A stretch of DNA of 64,000 nt, from assembly GCA_013265495.1 (NCBI GenBank), contig MU058423.1, positions 8,975,627 through 9,039,626 of the forward strand. The letters are read 5' to 3'. The position numbers were made by a program, and so were the translations under genes. This DNA is from Vicugna vicugna. Lineage: Eukaryota. The notes below the pieces were generated by a model. The model was given only the letters and a program-made list of their open reading frames with translations. It did not search any database and was not told where the DNA came from. Below, piece after piece: positions 1 to 13,400 of this stretch (position 1 is its first letter; every line of letters starts with the position of its first letter).

Positions 1-454
1 GGCCCTTGACCGGAAGGCGGTCAACTGTCACTCCCATCCTAGCCTATGATAAATGCAAAAGATTTACTATTTAGCCTAATTCAGCAGCAGATCACAAAAC
101 ATAGGTGAAGTCACTTCCATAGTCATGTTGCTACTACCAGATTTTTCCCTTATTAAATTAGAACATCCATATCTGAGCTACACGAAGACCTCTACTCTGA
201 TTCTTCTTTTCATTTTTTTGTGTAGGTAATACACAAACATGGTTCAGAATTCAAAAGAGGCACCCCCCCCCAGGGGCCTGGAACTCCAATGAAAGCAATA
301 TTTTTGCCAGTTTATAGTTAGCCTTCCAAAAGTTTTCTATTAATTCATAAAATAGCCTCACAAGCAAGGAAATCGAATAATCCTCAAAGGTTTTTCTCCT
401 TTAACCTACCTCATCCAGTTAATTCACAAGTCCTAAATTCTACTTCAATTCTTC

Positions 455-578
455 TTTATTTCTTTTCTTTTCTTTTCTTTTTAGGTTTGTTTATTTATTT
501 AATGGAGGTACTGGGGATAGAACCAAGGATCTTGTGCATGCTAAGTGCACACTCTACCACTGGGCTATATCCTGCCCC
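455..578 (-). mobile_element. tRNA-derived SINE (camelid Vic-1-like)
   Basis: Reverse complement of GGGG..GGATATAGCCCAGTGGTAGAG...GGTTCTATCCCCAGTACCTCC with A-rich tail; A and B boxes. Confidence 0.88.
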
Positions 579-699
579 AACCCAGAGTAATTTTTTCTGT
601 TGTTGTCATGAAATATATCATGAAATATCTACACTACATGTATGTACAATAGAAATATGTTACACCTGCAAAATGGCATAGAAGACTTCCATGTATTTT

Positions 700-1750
700 T
701 CCTACAGCAACATTCCATGTGCCTTCACAGAATATCACCAGCACTTTGGAAACTTGCTTTGTGCCTTTTGCTGTCTATTGTCTTTCCCTCCCTCCACCCC
801 AGAGTAATTACTTTTCTAAATATTAAGTTCTCCCAATATCTTGGGAGTAATTATACCCCAATACAATAAGTTTATTGTTTTTGAAGTTTTCATAAAGGGA
901 GTTACACTGGATGTATGTCTCTGTGACTTGCCTTTTCGGTTCTAAGTTGTTTTCATATTCCATTATTTCTCCATGTAGCAATAATTCATTGGTTATTCCT
1001 TTGCCTGCTTTATAGTATTCCATTATATGACTAAACCACCCTTTCTTTAGCCATTCTCCATACTCATTTGAATTGTTTGCCCTTTGGGGGCTATTTCTAG
1101 TAATACTCCTGTAAACGTTCTTGTACAGATACACTGGTGCACATATACAAGAGTCCACAGGTTACAGATTTAGAAGAAATCTGGGTTGTAAGGTACATAT
1201 ATCTTCAAGTTCACTGAGCAATATCAACCTCTGTTCCAAAGCAGTGGATTAATTTGCACTTCCCCCAGCATCACATGAGAGCTCCTGTTGTTCCACATCC
1301 TTGTCAACATTTCTGATTTTAAAATTTTGCCAACCTCTGGTGAGCATGATGTAGTATCTCACTGTGGTTCTTATTTCCATGAAGATAATGTGATCAAGCA
1401 TTTTTCCACATCTCTTTTAAGTAGTATTCTGGCTGTCTTCTACAGGTGTTTACTTATACAATATTATTATCATTCAGTTATTAACATTATCTAATTTCTA
1501 CCATGATTTCTTTTTAACACATGGATTAATTTCCAAAGGTATAGGATTTTTAAGATGCCTTTTTGGATTGATTTCTAACTTAAGTGCATTGATGTCAGTA
1601 AATGTGTTATATTTGGTATTCATTCTTTGAAAACTTTTAGGAATTTGTTCTACAAACAAGTACATAGTCAATTTTCATACATGTCCGTGTTTACTTGAAA
1701 AGAACATGTATTTTCTAGTATTTGGGTTAAATTGGTTGAATAAACATATC
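700..1750 (-). mobile_element. Old L1 (L1M-type) 3'/ORF2 fragments
   Basis: Degenerate L1 3' sequence; ORF 823..1158 gives an L1 C-terminal-like peptide (EWLKKGWFSHIMEYY). Confidence 0.75.
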
Positions 1751-3436
1751 TTGAGTTTCCACCAGCTTTAGGTCCCTTCTAGAGTCAGCCACACAGTTCT
1801 TAAGGGCACTTGGACCCTCAGGAACACAAAGATGAGAATTGTAGCTAAACTTACCATTTTGGCTGACATCTACCTCGATGCTAAATTCTTGGGAAAGAGC
1901 ATCAGAATCAGCTTCTGAAGAAAAGGGGAAATTGGGATTAAGTTGAATCCAACATGCAATAAGGGTGCTGAAAGAGGAAGTGACAAGAAGAAGAAAATTA
2001 ACTTCTCCTATCTCATAATTTTGTCCGGGGACAGCCTGTAGCCTTTGCATTTTCTTATGCTTTCCTAAGTGGTAACTGATTAATCTGAGAATTAACCAAT
2101 GCTAAAATCATCAGTGATTATCTATGCTAATTGGCTAATATTAGCCACCTCCCAGGTGACATTTGCATTTAAACAAAGCCTTTGTGAAGACTTAATGCCA
2201 CAATCCAAATATCACGACTCATTTTTATTCGGTAACCTCAATATTTCCCTGTATCTCTAACTACCATGTCTTTATTCCTACAAATTTGAGAGAAGGAAAT
2301 ATTCCTCCTCTATCTATCCGAAGGCTAATACTTCAACGACAGCCCTTGACCCCATTCTCTCTCTCTGCTAGTGTGAGACCTTGATCTTGCCTATTGTTAA
2401 TTCTCTCTCGAATCTTTAATCTCATCATATGTATTAACTTTTCCACTTCAGCCTGCAAGCAAACCCAATTATCCACGATTCTAACAACTTCTCTCCCAAG
2501 TGGTGCTTTTTTTCCTCTAAGGAAGGCTTATTCCTCACGAATCCACTATTCCGAGAGAAGTTTCCCTCAGTGATTCCATTCTATGGGAACCATCTCAGGG
2601 AGGCTCTCCAGTGATTCCAAGGCAACCCCCTCAATGACCTTCTGGTGGTTGCTGGGGGTGGAATTCCTTCCGAGTTCCAAGGCAATTCTCTGGCAATTTT
2701 CTATTTAGAGAAAACAATACTTAACTTCTGACAGAGCATCCTGACAATCCACCTCTAGCATTTCAGTATTTCGTGGAATTGTGAAATAACAAATAGGAAT
2801 AAAAATAGCTAGAATGTTCGAAATACAGTTGCTGACATCTCTGTTATAAAGGCAAAAAACTACTGGAACGGTCTTTATCTTTAGAATGTCAGTTCTGATA
2901 GACAAAAGTAATCTATTTCCAGGAAACACCATGGGCACTTTTCTTTTGCTCAAACTTAGCTCTTTCTTGGACCCAGGACATCTCTCCACGTCCATCGTGT
3001 CTATCCCTGCCCTGGACTCAGTCTGCAGGCATTCCCCACACTATTTCTTGGGACCCTGTCACCCCGCACAAGATCTGGAGTTAATTGTAGTCTCTCCACC
3101 TGTCCCTGTGCTGCTGTCCTCAGAGAAAAACACAGGAACTCTCTGTGAGGATTTCACTATTAACATGAGAGAAATTTAAGGGAAAATAGCAATGTTAAAA
3201 AGAAAACACTAGAGTATTGAAAAGATTAAGAAATTTTAAAAGTTCTCAAGCCCATGGTCCTTTCCAACTCTACTGCTAGGATGGAAACAAGGATTGGACT
3301 CCATTAGATTCCTGCTGCTTGTTCGTTTTCTCTAGAGTCAAATCTACCAAACTTCTTCCCTCCTTTGTGTTCCTACCTAAAGAGGAAAAGTGTGCTGATC
3401 CCTAATATAAGTGCTCTTTTCCAAAATGTTCTATCA

Positions 3437-3580
3437 GGGGGAGGGTATAGGTCAGTGGTAGACTGCGTGCTTAGCATGCACGAAGTCCTGGGTTCAATCT
3501 CCAGTACCTCCATTTAAACAAACAAACAAACAAACAAACAAACAAACAAACACACCTAACTACCTCCCTCCACAAAAAAA
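3437..3580 (+). mobile_element. tRNA-derived SINE (Vic-1-like) with internal (AAAC)n
   Basis: A/B boxes; TSD CAAAATGTTCTATCA (3422-3436) / CAAAATACTCTATCA (3581-3595). Confidence 0.92.
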
Positions 3581-4019
3581 CAAAATACTCTATCAAGACA
3601 GAGTAATAGGTGATACTATATTCTACTCAGCCTTCACACACACACACACTGAAGAATAATTGCCCCTCACACTGGTAGTCCATTGCCTGGCAGTGATCAG
3701 TCAGCAAAGGTCATGGGGGGAGAAAGGGGGCATTTAAGCAAAACTTCCTACTTCACAACTTTGTCTAGGTCAGCCCCCAAATTCCCGTTGGTTCAGCCCC
3801 TCCATGGGCTCTTGGTCAACTTCTTTCAACTACATCCAAAATAGCAGTCATGCAAAACAAACAAAAAAGCTTTACAGATACACCTAAGCATAAAAAATTC
3901 AGGAGTCTGACCTCACTCCTAAGATCCTAGGGCTTCACTGGCCAAGAACACTATGGGTAATGGACAGGCCATACCTTGAGAAGATCAGAGAAATGCAGAC
4001 AGGTGAAATGATTATTTAC

Positions 4020-4930
4020 CATATAATTCAGAAATCATATTCCTTGATATTTATCCAAAGGAGTTAAAAATTTGTGTCAACACAAAAACCTGCACACAAA
4101 TGTTTACAGCAGCTCTATTCAATAACTGCCAAAACTTGGAAGCAACAGAGATGCCCTTCAATAAAATGAAAGGAGAAATAAACTGTGGTACATCCAGACA
4201 ATGGAATATTATTCAGTGCTATAAATAAATGTGCTCTCATGCCATGAAAAGACATAGAGGAAACTTATACTAAGTGAAAGTATTCAATCTGAAAAGGCTA
4301 CATACTGTATGATTCCAGCTATATGACATTCTGGAAAAGGCAGACTATGGAAACAGCAAGATGATCAGTGATTGTCAAGGGCTGGGGGAAGAGAGGGATA
4401 AATCAGTGGAGCACAGAGTAGTTTTAAGGCAGTGCGATTATTCTGTACAACACTATAATGGTGAAAACGTGTCAGTATACATTTTTTTAAGCCCATAGAC
4501 TGTCCGAAGAGTAAACCCTAAACTAAATAATGGACTTTGGGTGATAATGATGTGTCATTATCAGTTGTAACAAATGTGCCACTCTGGTGTGGGTTGTTGA
4601 TAGTGGTAGAGGCTATGTGTGTTGGGGCAGGTACATATGGGAAATTTCTGCACCTTCTGTTCAGTTTTTCTGTGAACCTAAAAGTGCTCTATAAATAAAG
4701 TTTATTTTTAAAAAAACATTTCCAATAGTAACTAAAAATATAAAGTAACTAGGAATAGCAAAAGAAGTGCAAGTCCTTTATGGAAAAAAATGATAATACT
4801 CTCTTAGAAGGCTTTGAAGAAGATAGAAGTAAGTGAATAGATTTACCCTATTTATGAATGAAAAGACTCCAAACGGATCTATAGATTTAATTTAATCCCA
4901 TTCATAATCCCAACAAATATTTCATGGAGC
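4020..4930 (+). mobile_element. L1 3' end (L1MC-like) with poly(A) near 4710 plus adjacent ORF2 fragment
   Basis: AAACTGTGGTACATCCAGACAATGGAATATTATTCAG motif; terminal AATAAAGTTTATTTTTAAAAAAA. Confidence 0.85.
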
Positions 4931-4989
4931 CTCAATCAGTTAGGGCACAACCACAGAAGCAGAACCAATAATATTACTTCACATTTAGC

Positions 4990-7010
4990 ATAAGAAATTA
5001 GTAAATTCTCATTTCTGTCCTCCCAGCCTTTGTGCTACTGTTTTCTATAATATACTTCTACATATATTTTAAACTCCAACGTTATTGCTTTTGTTTTAAC
5101 AGTCCATTCTCTTTTTCATTAATTTATTTTTATTTGATTTACATTTTGTTGAGGGTGGGCAGTAATTAGGTTTATCTACTTTATTTTTTAATGGAGGCAC
5201 TGGGGATTGAACCCAGGACCTTGTGCATGCCAAGCATGCGCTCTACCACTGAGCTATACCCTCCCCCCAACAGTCCACTCTTTCTTACAGAGCTCTAAGA
5301 AATAAGGAAAAAAAGAAAACTTCAGCGATTTACCCAGGGAGCCTCCATTCCTGGTCCCATCACTCCCTCGTGTAACTCTAGGCTTCCTTGGTGTCGCTGT
5401 CCTTCGCTTGGAGGAGTTCTTCAACATTTCTTGCAGTGTAGGGCTACTGATGGTTGCTTTCAGATTTCGCAGGTCCAAAAGAAATATTTTGCCTTCATTT
5501 TTAAAATATATTTCTGCTTACAATTTTTTTTCCTTCAGCAACTTAAAGATACTGTTTCACAAGTCATCCTGCTTACACTGATTTTGAGAGAAATCTGCAG
5601 TTGTCCTTATCTTTGTCCTTCTATTATGTCACGTGTCTCTTTCTGGCTGCTTTTACGATTTTCTCTTTATCACTGGTTTGGGGCAATTTAATTATGTAAG
5701 ACCTTGGTGTAACTTCCTTCATGCTTCTTGTGCTTGGGGTTTGTTGAGCTTCTTAGAACTGTGGGCTTATATTTTTCATCAAATGTGGGAAAATTTTGCC
5801 CTCATTTCTTTAAATATTTTTCTATTCCCCACTCTTTCCTGGACTCTAATCACATGTATTTTAAACTGCCTGAAGTTGTCCCACAGCTTACTGATACTCT
5901 GTTCACCTTTTAAAATTCATTTTTCTCTGTATGTTTCCTTTTAAACTGTTTTTATTGCTATGTTTTCAAGTTTACTAATCTACTCTTCTGCAATGCCTAA
6001 TCTGTCTTTAAGACTATCAGTTTATCAATATCTGTCAGGTATCACTGTTTTCATCTCTCAAAGTTCTATTGGGCCTTTTTTTTAATGTCTTCTATGTCTC
6101 TAATTAGCATACTCAATCTTTCCTCTAACTTTTTGAACATACGGTATATAGTCATAATATTTTAATGTTGTCATGTATAATTACATCTTTGTCAGTTCTG
6201 GGTGAGTTTCTATTGATTTATTTTTCTTATAATTACGGGTCATATTTTCCTGCAGCATTGATTGCATGGTAAATTTTGATTGGATGCCAAACGTTGTGAT
6301 TTTTACTTTGCTAGGGGCTGGATATTTTTGTAGTCTTGTAAATAGCCTTGAGATTAGTTCTCGGCCATAGTTAAGTTAGCAGGAGACAGTTTGGCCCTTT
6401 GGGATCTGTCCTTCAAGATTGTTAAGTGGGCCCAGCTCGGCATTTATTCTAGTGCTGATTATTCCTCGCTTCTGAGCCATGACTGTTCTGAGTGCTCTAT
6501 ACGATGTCCTATGAATTGTGAGGTTTCCTAATTTGGCTGGGGTCTGGGGATGGGGATGGGCAGCGGACAGGCACTCTGCCTAGCCAAGAGCTGCTCCCTC
6601 TGATCCTCTTGGTGATCCTTTCATAGCCTCAGGTCGCTTCCTCACGTACACTCCCTCTTCAGGACTCTGCTGACTATTTGAGGGGAACCCTCTGCAGGTC
6701 TCCGGGCTTCTCTGCGAGGCCTGGTCTCTCTCCTCTCCAGTGCTCTGTCCTGCAGACTCTAGCCATCCAGCTCACCTCAAGCTCCCAGGCAGTATCCTCA
6801 GCTCAGAGAGTTCACCAGTCCCTGCCTGGGTTTTCCCTCCCTGTGCCATGACCTGAAAACTGTCTCTTGGCTGTCAGCTGCTGTACTCACAGCGCTCACT
6901 GCTCCTTTTCAGTCTCTCAAAGGACACTATCCTTCACTGCCTGGTCTTTATTAATATTTTGAAAATTATTATTTCTTGTATCTTGTTCACTTTTTAAGTT
7001 ATCTCAGGCA
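4990..7010 (-). mobile_element. Old L1 ORF1/5'-region fragment
   Basis: Typical antisense L1M 5' sequence; PTLQEMLK peptide (L1 ORF1 C-terminus-like) in ORF 5254..5478. Confidence 0.75.
5111..5268 (-). mobile_element. tRNA-derived SINE (Vic-1-like) inserted in an old L1
   Basis: TSD AACAGTCCATTCT (5098-5110) / AACAGTCCACTCT (5269-5281). Confidence 0.92.
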
Positions 7011-10000
7011 GAAGAGTAAATTTACTCCACCTTGGCTGGAAGGGGAAGCCTGATAAATTGTTTTTTATTATAATGTGTGCAAATATCCTCAGATTTAAAA
7101 GTTACAAAGTCCTTACACTTATAACTCTTATACGACTAAAAAGTTTTAAATTTTATAAATTAATTACAATCAAATCCAAAAGTGAATTAATAACCATCAT
7201 TCAAATTAATAACATCAGTTTAATTAATATACTAACTTAAGATGAGTAATGACGTGATTTGGTTTAAAGAAGGCAGAGTATTAACTGCATCCAGTACAGT
7301 TTTAGTCTGGCTGTGGTGACCTGCTTTTCCCATTGTTCTCCGTATTTCAACCACTGAAAAATACTCATTTGTACAATACTTCAAGATGTCGTCCAGCCTC
7401 CACTTTGTTCAAATTATATGTTAAGTCCACCCTGTTCTCTTTGGTGCCTGTGCAGTTATATGTGCAACTGTGAATACTGAAATTTTGTAGCAGCATTTGG
7501 CTATAAAATGGGAACTCACATGATCCTGAATATGCTCCTTTTAATTTTTAAATAATCATTGAATTAGAAAAATAAACATTTAAAAATTCTTATATAGAAC
7601 ATCCAGTTTGATATATACTGGTCCAATGCAAGACAATAAAACTGTTATCAAGTTGGTAGCCACAACGAAAAGACTAAAGATGTATTTGAGCCACGAGAAT
7701 TCCTAAGAGATAATCCCTACTTTATCTGAAATGATTGATAATGAGGGGAAATAGGAACTGAAGTTGGGATGAGCTAACAAATATCTCCAAGAGAAAGGTG
7801 TGGAAACTGAGAATAACCAAAATGCCTGCCAGAAAAAAAGCACGGGGTGAAAACGTGAGTGTGACTGCAGATCAGCTACAAGGGAGGTGAAATAAGAAGA
7901 GAGAGATACTCAAGAGGAAGAATCCAAAGAATACCACTGTCTGATAGAAAAAAAAAAAGAGACAGAAAAAAATGGATTATCTAGGATCTTGATGGATAAT
8001 ACAGGAGTGACAGAAAAAGCAGCATCTCTAGGGCAGAAAAAGAGATTCTACACCAGCCAAACTCACAAAGAAGAATCAGAGCAGCTTTTACCAAAAGCCA
8101 GAGTATAGATCTGGACCACATACAGAATGGAATCGAGTTCCTTCAGAGAAGGCAAGGTGCCTAGTTTTCCAGTTTGCACTGGACCAGCCCCTGGGAAAGT
8201 CAGTCACTGGGTCCCTCATACGAGGAGAACACGGTCTGGTTCTTCCTCTCTGCGGCAGACTTGGGCTCAGTTTCAGGGTTTGTTTGTGGTGCTCTGTATC
8301 TGCTTCTGGTTTCCTCAGTGCTCTCCTGGTTTGACACGTAACTTCTCCATGACCCCTGATTCTCACGAACTTTTTCCCACTGAGTGACTTGAGACTAGCC
8401 CTTCTGCTTTCTCTTGTGCTTCACTCTTAGCCTTTTCATTAGCTTTCTTGAACCTAGCTTACTCAAGGAGATTCAGTGATGCTACCTGCTGCCTCTGAGG
8501 GTGAGGGAACAGAATAACCAGAGTGTGGAAAGAGGGGAAAAGGCCATGAGAGTAACTGTGCTCCTGACCATGCTTTTCAGACAGACCTAAAAGAGAGAAG
8601 AGGAATGCCAAGGGGAGTGCCCCTTTAGTCCTTTAAACCTGCAAGTCTGCTAGGCAGGTTTGCACAGCTGGGACATTTAATAACTATGTAAACCAGATGA
8701 GCAACAGGAAGCGCGCCTGGGGAGAAAAATCTCACCTAGGGAGTGTTTGTGCCTCAGAATCCCACTGCGCAGGAAAGGTCAGCTGTCCACATGCACCTGG
8801 ACAATTGGCGTGGACGGGTGGGTGCCGGGAAAGTGAGGGGAAGTGGGAAAAGGCAGGACGTGGGCTCCTGGCCTTCGATGGGAACATCTTTCCTTTTGTA
8901 CTCTCTGGTGGTGACAGAGGGGGGGAAATCTGAGACACATCAGAAGTGAGATGAGATGCCATGCCCTATTTTAGCTCAAAGGCTCCTTAGGAACTTAGCG
9001 TCGTCCACTCTCCAAACACCTCACTTTGGAGCCGGGTCAGTGTGATGAAACTCCAGGTTCTCATCTCTGGACACTCTTTTTCCATGACAGAAAGTCCACT
9101 GAGGACAGTCACAAGACTTGCCTGAAAAGGTGGCACTTAGAGGGCAGGTCCAAAGACTGCCTGTGATCCAGGAGACCCTTTGGCTTCACCATGTAGTCCC
9201 ATTTCACCTGACGTAATCACTATCTTACCCATCATTATTCTATTTAAGAATATACTGGTTAATAAAAAATTTTCTGCCCAGCAAAGCAGAATTATTTGAA
9301 TGGCTTTTATGTCAAGATTGTGATTTTTTAATGTTTTCTTCAAGTACCTGAATATTTTCACTTAGTTTATAATAAAAATAGGATCCCAGTAAAATATACA
9401 AAGAATTTTAGAGCTAGAGAGAGTACCAGATTCTAGTCCTCTTTATTTTACAGAAGAACTGAAGTCTACAATGATTTAAGTGTTTCAACTGAAGTCATAC
9501 TCTGCATAAGATCTCAAAAATATTATTCCCATGAAAAAAAATCCAAGGCTCCAATGGCTTAGTTAATTCACCTAGAGTCAACAACCAATAAATGATGAAG
9601 CCAGTGTTCAAACTCAGATCTGTTGTCTCCACTGGCTTTGGAGGCAGCTGTGAGATGGTTGTGAAAGAGCAACTGGACACCGGTACCCGTTGTACTGTGC
9701 AGCATTTCTCATGCAGATAGCGAGCTGCCCTGCATACCTCGACTGGTAACGTGAGTGCAGTGACTGGCCACGTTTTGAATCAATGCTAAGCAAAGGCAAA
9801 AAGGATTTGGGGTTGTCTTGCTACTTGTGTTTCTGAAATCTGACCCTATTGTAAACAGAATAGCAACTTGCACCTGTTTCCCCCACCCCAGAATCGTGAC
9901 TTCCTTGCGGCCTAGCTTCTCCCCAGCCCTGCAGCCTCCTGGAGCTGTGTTCCCTGAAGGATGTAACATGGACCACCTCCAGCAGGGTCATGTGCTTGAG

Positions 10001-10489
10001 CTCCTTTCAAAATATAAGGATTCCTGCATCCCCCCCAAGAATCACCCAGTCACCATTTCCAGGACGGAAGAGGGGGCTGGGAGTTTCCATCTGTGTAAGT
10101 CTCTTCAAAGAGGCTTCTGTACACTGCAGTTTGAGAATCACTGAGATTGTACAGAAATGCCATTGGCTGAGATTACAACAGTCTGTGTCTGATGGTTTGA
10201 AAATAAGAGAACTGAAATGATTAAAATAGAGTCATCTCTGAGCAGTTCTTTCTTAGGAAACTGACTCTTTCAGGAGTACAATTTAAAAACTATCTTCAAT
10301 TGCCATCATAATTTATTTTAATGTTATTATTCCAGATACGTGATTATTTGGAAAATAGGAAAATATTGAAAGAAACAGCAATATATATACATATTACTCT
10401 AATTTCCATTAGACAGCTACTTTTAACATTATGATAGATTATCTCCCTACTTTTTCTTTTTCTTTCTTTTCAAGAAACTGTCATTCCCT

Positions 10490-11540
10490 AACACAAGGAT
10501 AACTTGGAAATGAGCTCCTCTGTCAGAAGCAATATTGTCAAACCTCCATTAGTACAAGGATGGTCATGCTGGCAGACACATCGTGATCAGGGGAGGCAAA
10601 TCCACATCCTGAGTAAGTGCTTTCCAGTGAGGACAAACTGCCGCCTCCTCCATCATGATCCCCCTGCCATGGGGTAGCCTCCTGGTCTTTCTCAGGGAGC
10701 AGAGCTGCTTAAAGGGCCCAGCATTGGTCTCTGCTGTTGGCAAGTTAGGCAGCCCGCAATGAGGACAGCCAGACCAGCCTTGGTGAAGGATCCACATTGT
10801 TGGCCCCACGCATGACCTTTATCCCCACCACTGTGGCCACCGAGCAAGCACCGAGGTAACTGCAGAGTCTGACCGACAACCACAGAGCGGGTCACTGTGT
10901 CTACCTGTTTACTGAAAGTCTCCTCTACATGGATGCCCCTTGCTGAGTATTCATGTGGGACATCAATCTTTTTTGCACTCTGTTCATTCTGAAAGTTTCA
11001 TACACATACTTCTTCCCCCATCCTCTTTGTCACCTATCTGCCAGTGTTTTTTTTCTGAATCCCCAACTTTCAGACGAACTGCCAATGACTGTCCATGAAT
11101 CAGTATATTTGCACTTCTGACCATCTCTCAATCCAGACAAAGTGGACAAACAAATGTATTTCTCAAAGGTCTACTCACCAAGAGGGTTTTCCACCACAAC
11201 GGTTCTGCGGGGCCACCCCTGAAAGGGTTGTAATGCTGTAGCCACCTGCTTCCAGTTGATGCTAACACATGGCAAAAATCCTCTATAAACTAGGCCTGAG
11301 CTTTTTCTTCCTCAGTCAGATGCTTGTATCTTCAGGAGTCGCTTATACCTAATCTTGTTTATAGCATTTCCACTTGGTGTTGGATTCCTTTTATCTTGGT
11401 GGATGAGAAAACCTCCAGTTCGTCATAGACGCTCAGGTCATAGGGTTTCTAGATGTCCCAGATTAGAAGTTCAGTCTCTACCAGGGTCCAGTAGCAAATC
11501 AAGAGCTGTTTCTTAAAAGAATAGTTCTCTACTCCAAAAC
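10490..11540 (-). mobile_element. ERVL internal pol fragment (up to integrase core), decayed
   Basis: ORF 10692..10895 reads GHSGGDKGHAWGQQ...CLTCQQQRP, the ERVL integrase HHCC region; IASDRGAHF near 10520. Confidence 0.85.
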
Positions 11541-11574
11541 CTTAGTGATCTGTGCTTCCGTCAGTCAGTATGGT

Positions 11575-12112
11575 TGTTGTAGGCAGCCTCTAAAGTATCT
11601 CCCAATGAGCCCTACCTCCTGCTACTCACGCCCTTGGGTAATCCCATCCCCCTGCTATAAGCTGGACTGGTGGCTGGCGCCTAAACTATTAAATATGGCA
11701 GAAATGATGAGTACCACTAGACACAAGGTTACAAGAAGACTGTGGCTTTCATTTTAGGGTGTCTTTCTCTCTCTCTTTTGACTTACACTAGGGAAAGCAA
11801 GCAAGCTGCCTTGTGAAAAGCCTCATGGAAGGGCCTACGGCCTATCAGTCTGGGAGGAACTGAATGAAACCTGCCAACAACTGAAAATGAGGTTAGAAGT
11901 GGATCCCTCAACCCCATTCAAGTCTTGAGATGACTAGAGCTCCACCCAGTGGCTTGGCTTGATTTGCAACCTCAGGAGATGCCATAAGCCAGAACCACCC
12001 AGCTAAACTGGTCCTATATCCCTGACCAACAGAAATCATGAAATAATAAATATGTGTTGTTTTAAGCTGCTAAATTCTGAAGCAATCTGTAGTGCAACAA
12101 CAGATAAATACA
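11575..12112 (+). mobile_element. MaLR (MLT1-type) solo LTR
   Basis: TG...CA ends; 3' signature ATAATAAATATGTGTTGTTTTAAGCTGCTAAATT...GCAACAACAGATAAATACA. Confidence 0.85.
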
Positions 12113-13400
12113 ATGACTATCTGTGGACTTACGGGTTGTTCTATACCATACTGCTTCTGACCTAGAACTCATTTTTCAGCTAAAAAAGTGCCACTGAGCT
12201 CATACCGCTGAGGGTACCGGTTTGCCAGGTAGGACATCCCTTCGAAGCAGCAGAGCGGATAAAACAGCCTCCTGAATTGGGAGCAATGCACTGAAAGGTC
12301 AGGGCACTATCCTACAGGACGTGGGTGATCCTTGGGATCAGAAACTAACACAGGGCACTCTTTTCTTGGGTGGCCAGAATGCATGGATTAAGGGGTAGAA
12401 GTGGTAGTGGCTCCTCCACTACCACAGTTAATTACAACCCCCCCAAATTGTTTCCCTTCCTTGCAAGTTTGATTGCTGTTGGCTTAGAGGTTTTAATTCC
12501 CAAAGACAGAATGCTTCCACCAGACGTCAGGACAATGGCTCCAATGAACTGGAAGACTAGATTTCCAATGGCTACACGGAGCTGCTCAAGCTATTGAAAT
12601 AACAAAGAAGGGATCATTGTTTTTCCTGGGGCGATTGCTCCCAATTACTAAGGGTAAATTGAGTGGCTGCTGTAACAATGGAGCTCGGGAGGATTAAGTC
12701 TGGAGCCCAAGGCATTCTCTGAGTGCTTTCAAATCTGATAGTACAACTTAAGGCAGAACTGTACCAACACATTAAAGACAACACGAATAATAGATTTAGG
12801 CTATTCAGGAATTTTCCACTGGTTTTAAATTATACGACGATATAAAAATATGGAAAAGTGTACACGGGCTTACCTCCTGAAATAATGTTATATTAGAATG
12901 CTGTTTTTAGATATTAGAAATAAAGTATTTTATTTCTCCATGTTAAAAAAAAAAAAAAGACAGACTACCAAGATTTAGACCCTTTGGGAGTGAAAGTTTG
13001 GATTACCTCCACCAGGAAAAGAACCGTGACTGGCTGTGCTGCCAGCTGAGGGTAAAGGAAACAGAATTTATAGCAGACATGAGGACACATGAGGACTGCA
13101 GCAGGTGGCAAATTTTTTTCCTTGCTTGTTAAGTATATACTGATATATATTTACTTATTTTTCCCTTCCCTTTCATTGTTCCTCTTTATTTTATATAAGG
13201 ACTGATATTGGTGATTAACTTTATAATTTGGTTTGTATGTTACATATTTATTTCGTTGGGATTGGGTAAAACAGACAATAACATTACCCAGAGATGGTTT
13301 AGGTGGCTGTTGGGCCACTCTTTTGAGGAAGAGGATGGAAATACCTTTGTTTGTAAAAAGGATAGTTGTACCTTCTCAAGCAAAAGCAAATGATGTTACT
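12113..13400 (+). mobile_element. ERVL internal fragment: integrase core, dUTPase-like region and 3' end
   Basis: ORF 12370..12597 GLEVLIPKDRMLPPD...PMNWK resembles the ERVL dUTPase region. Confidence 0.75.

Noticed and set aside
3437..3512. tRNA-like sequences with A and B boxes (seven copies in the window)
   Set aside because: A-rich tails, TSDs and divergence among copies identify them as SINEs, not tRNA genes
7280..7500. Faint resemblance to an ancient RTE/L4-type LINE or coding relic on the minus strand
   Set aside because: Too degenerate to support without a profile search
10564..12597. Possible domesticated integrase or dUTPase gene
   Set aside because: Fragments are frameshifted, stop-riddled and split by an LTR; no intact ORF
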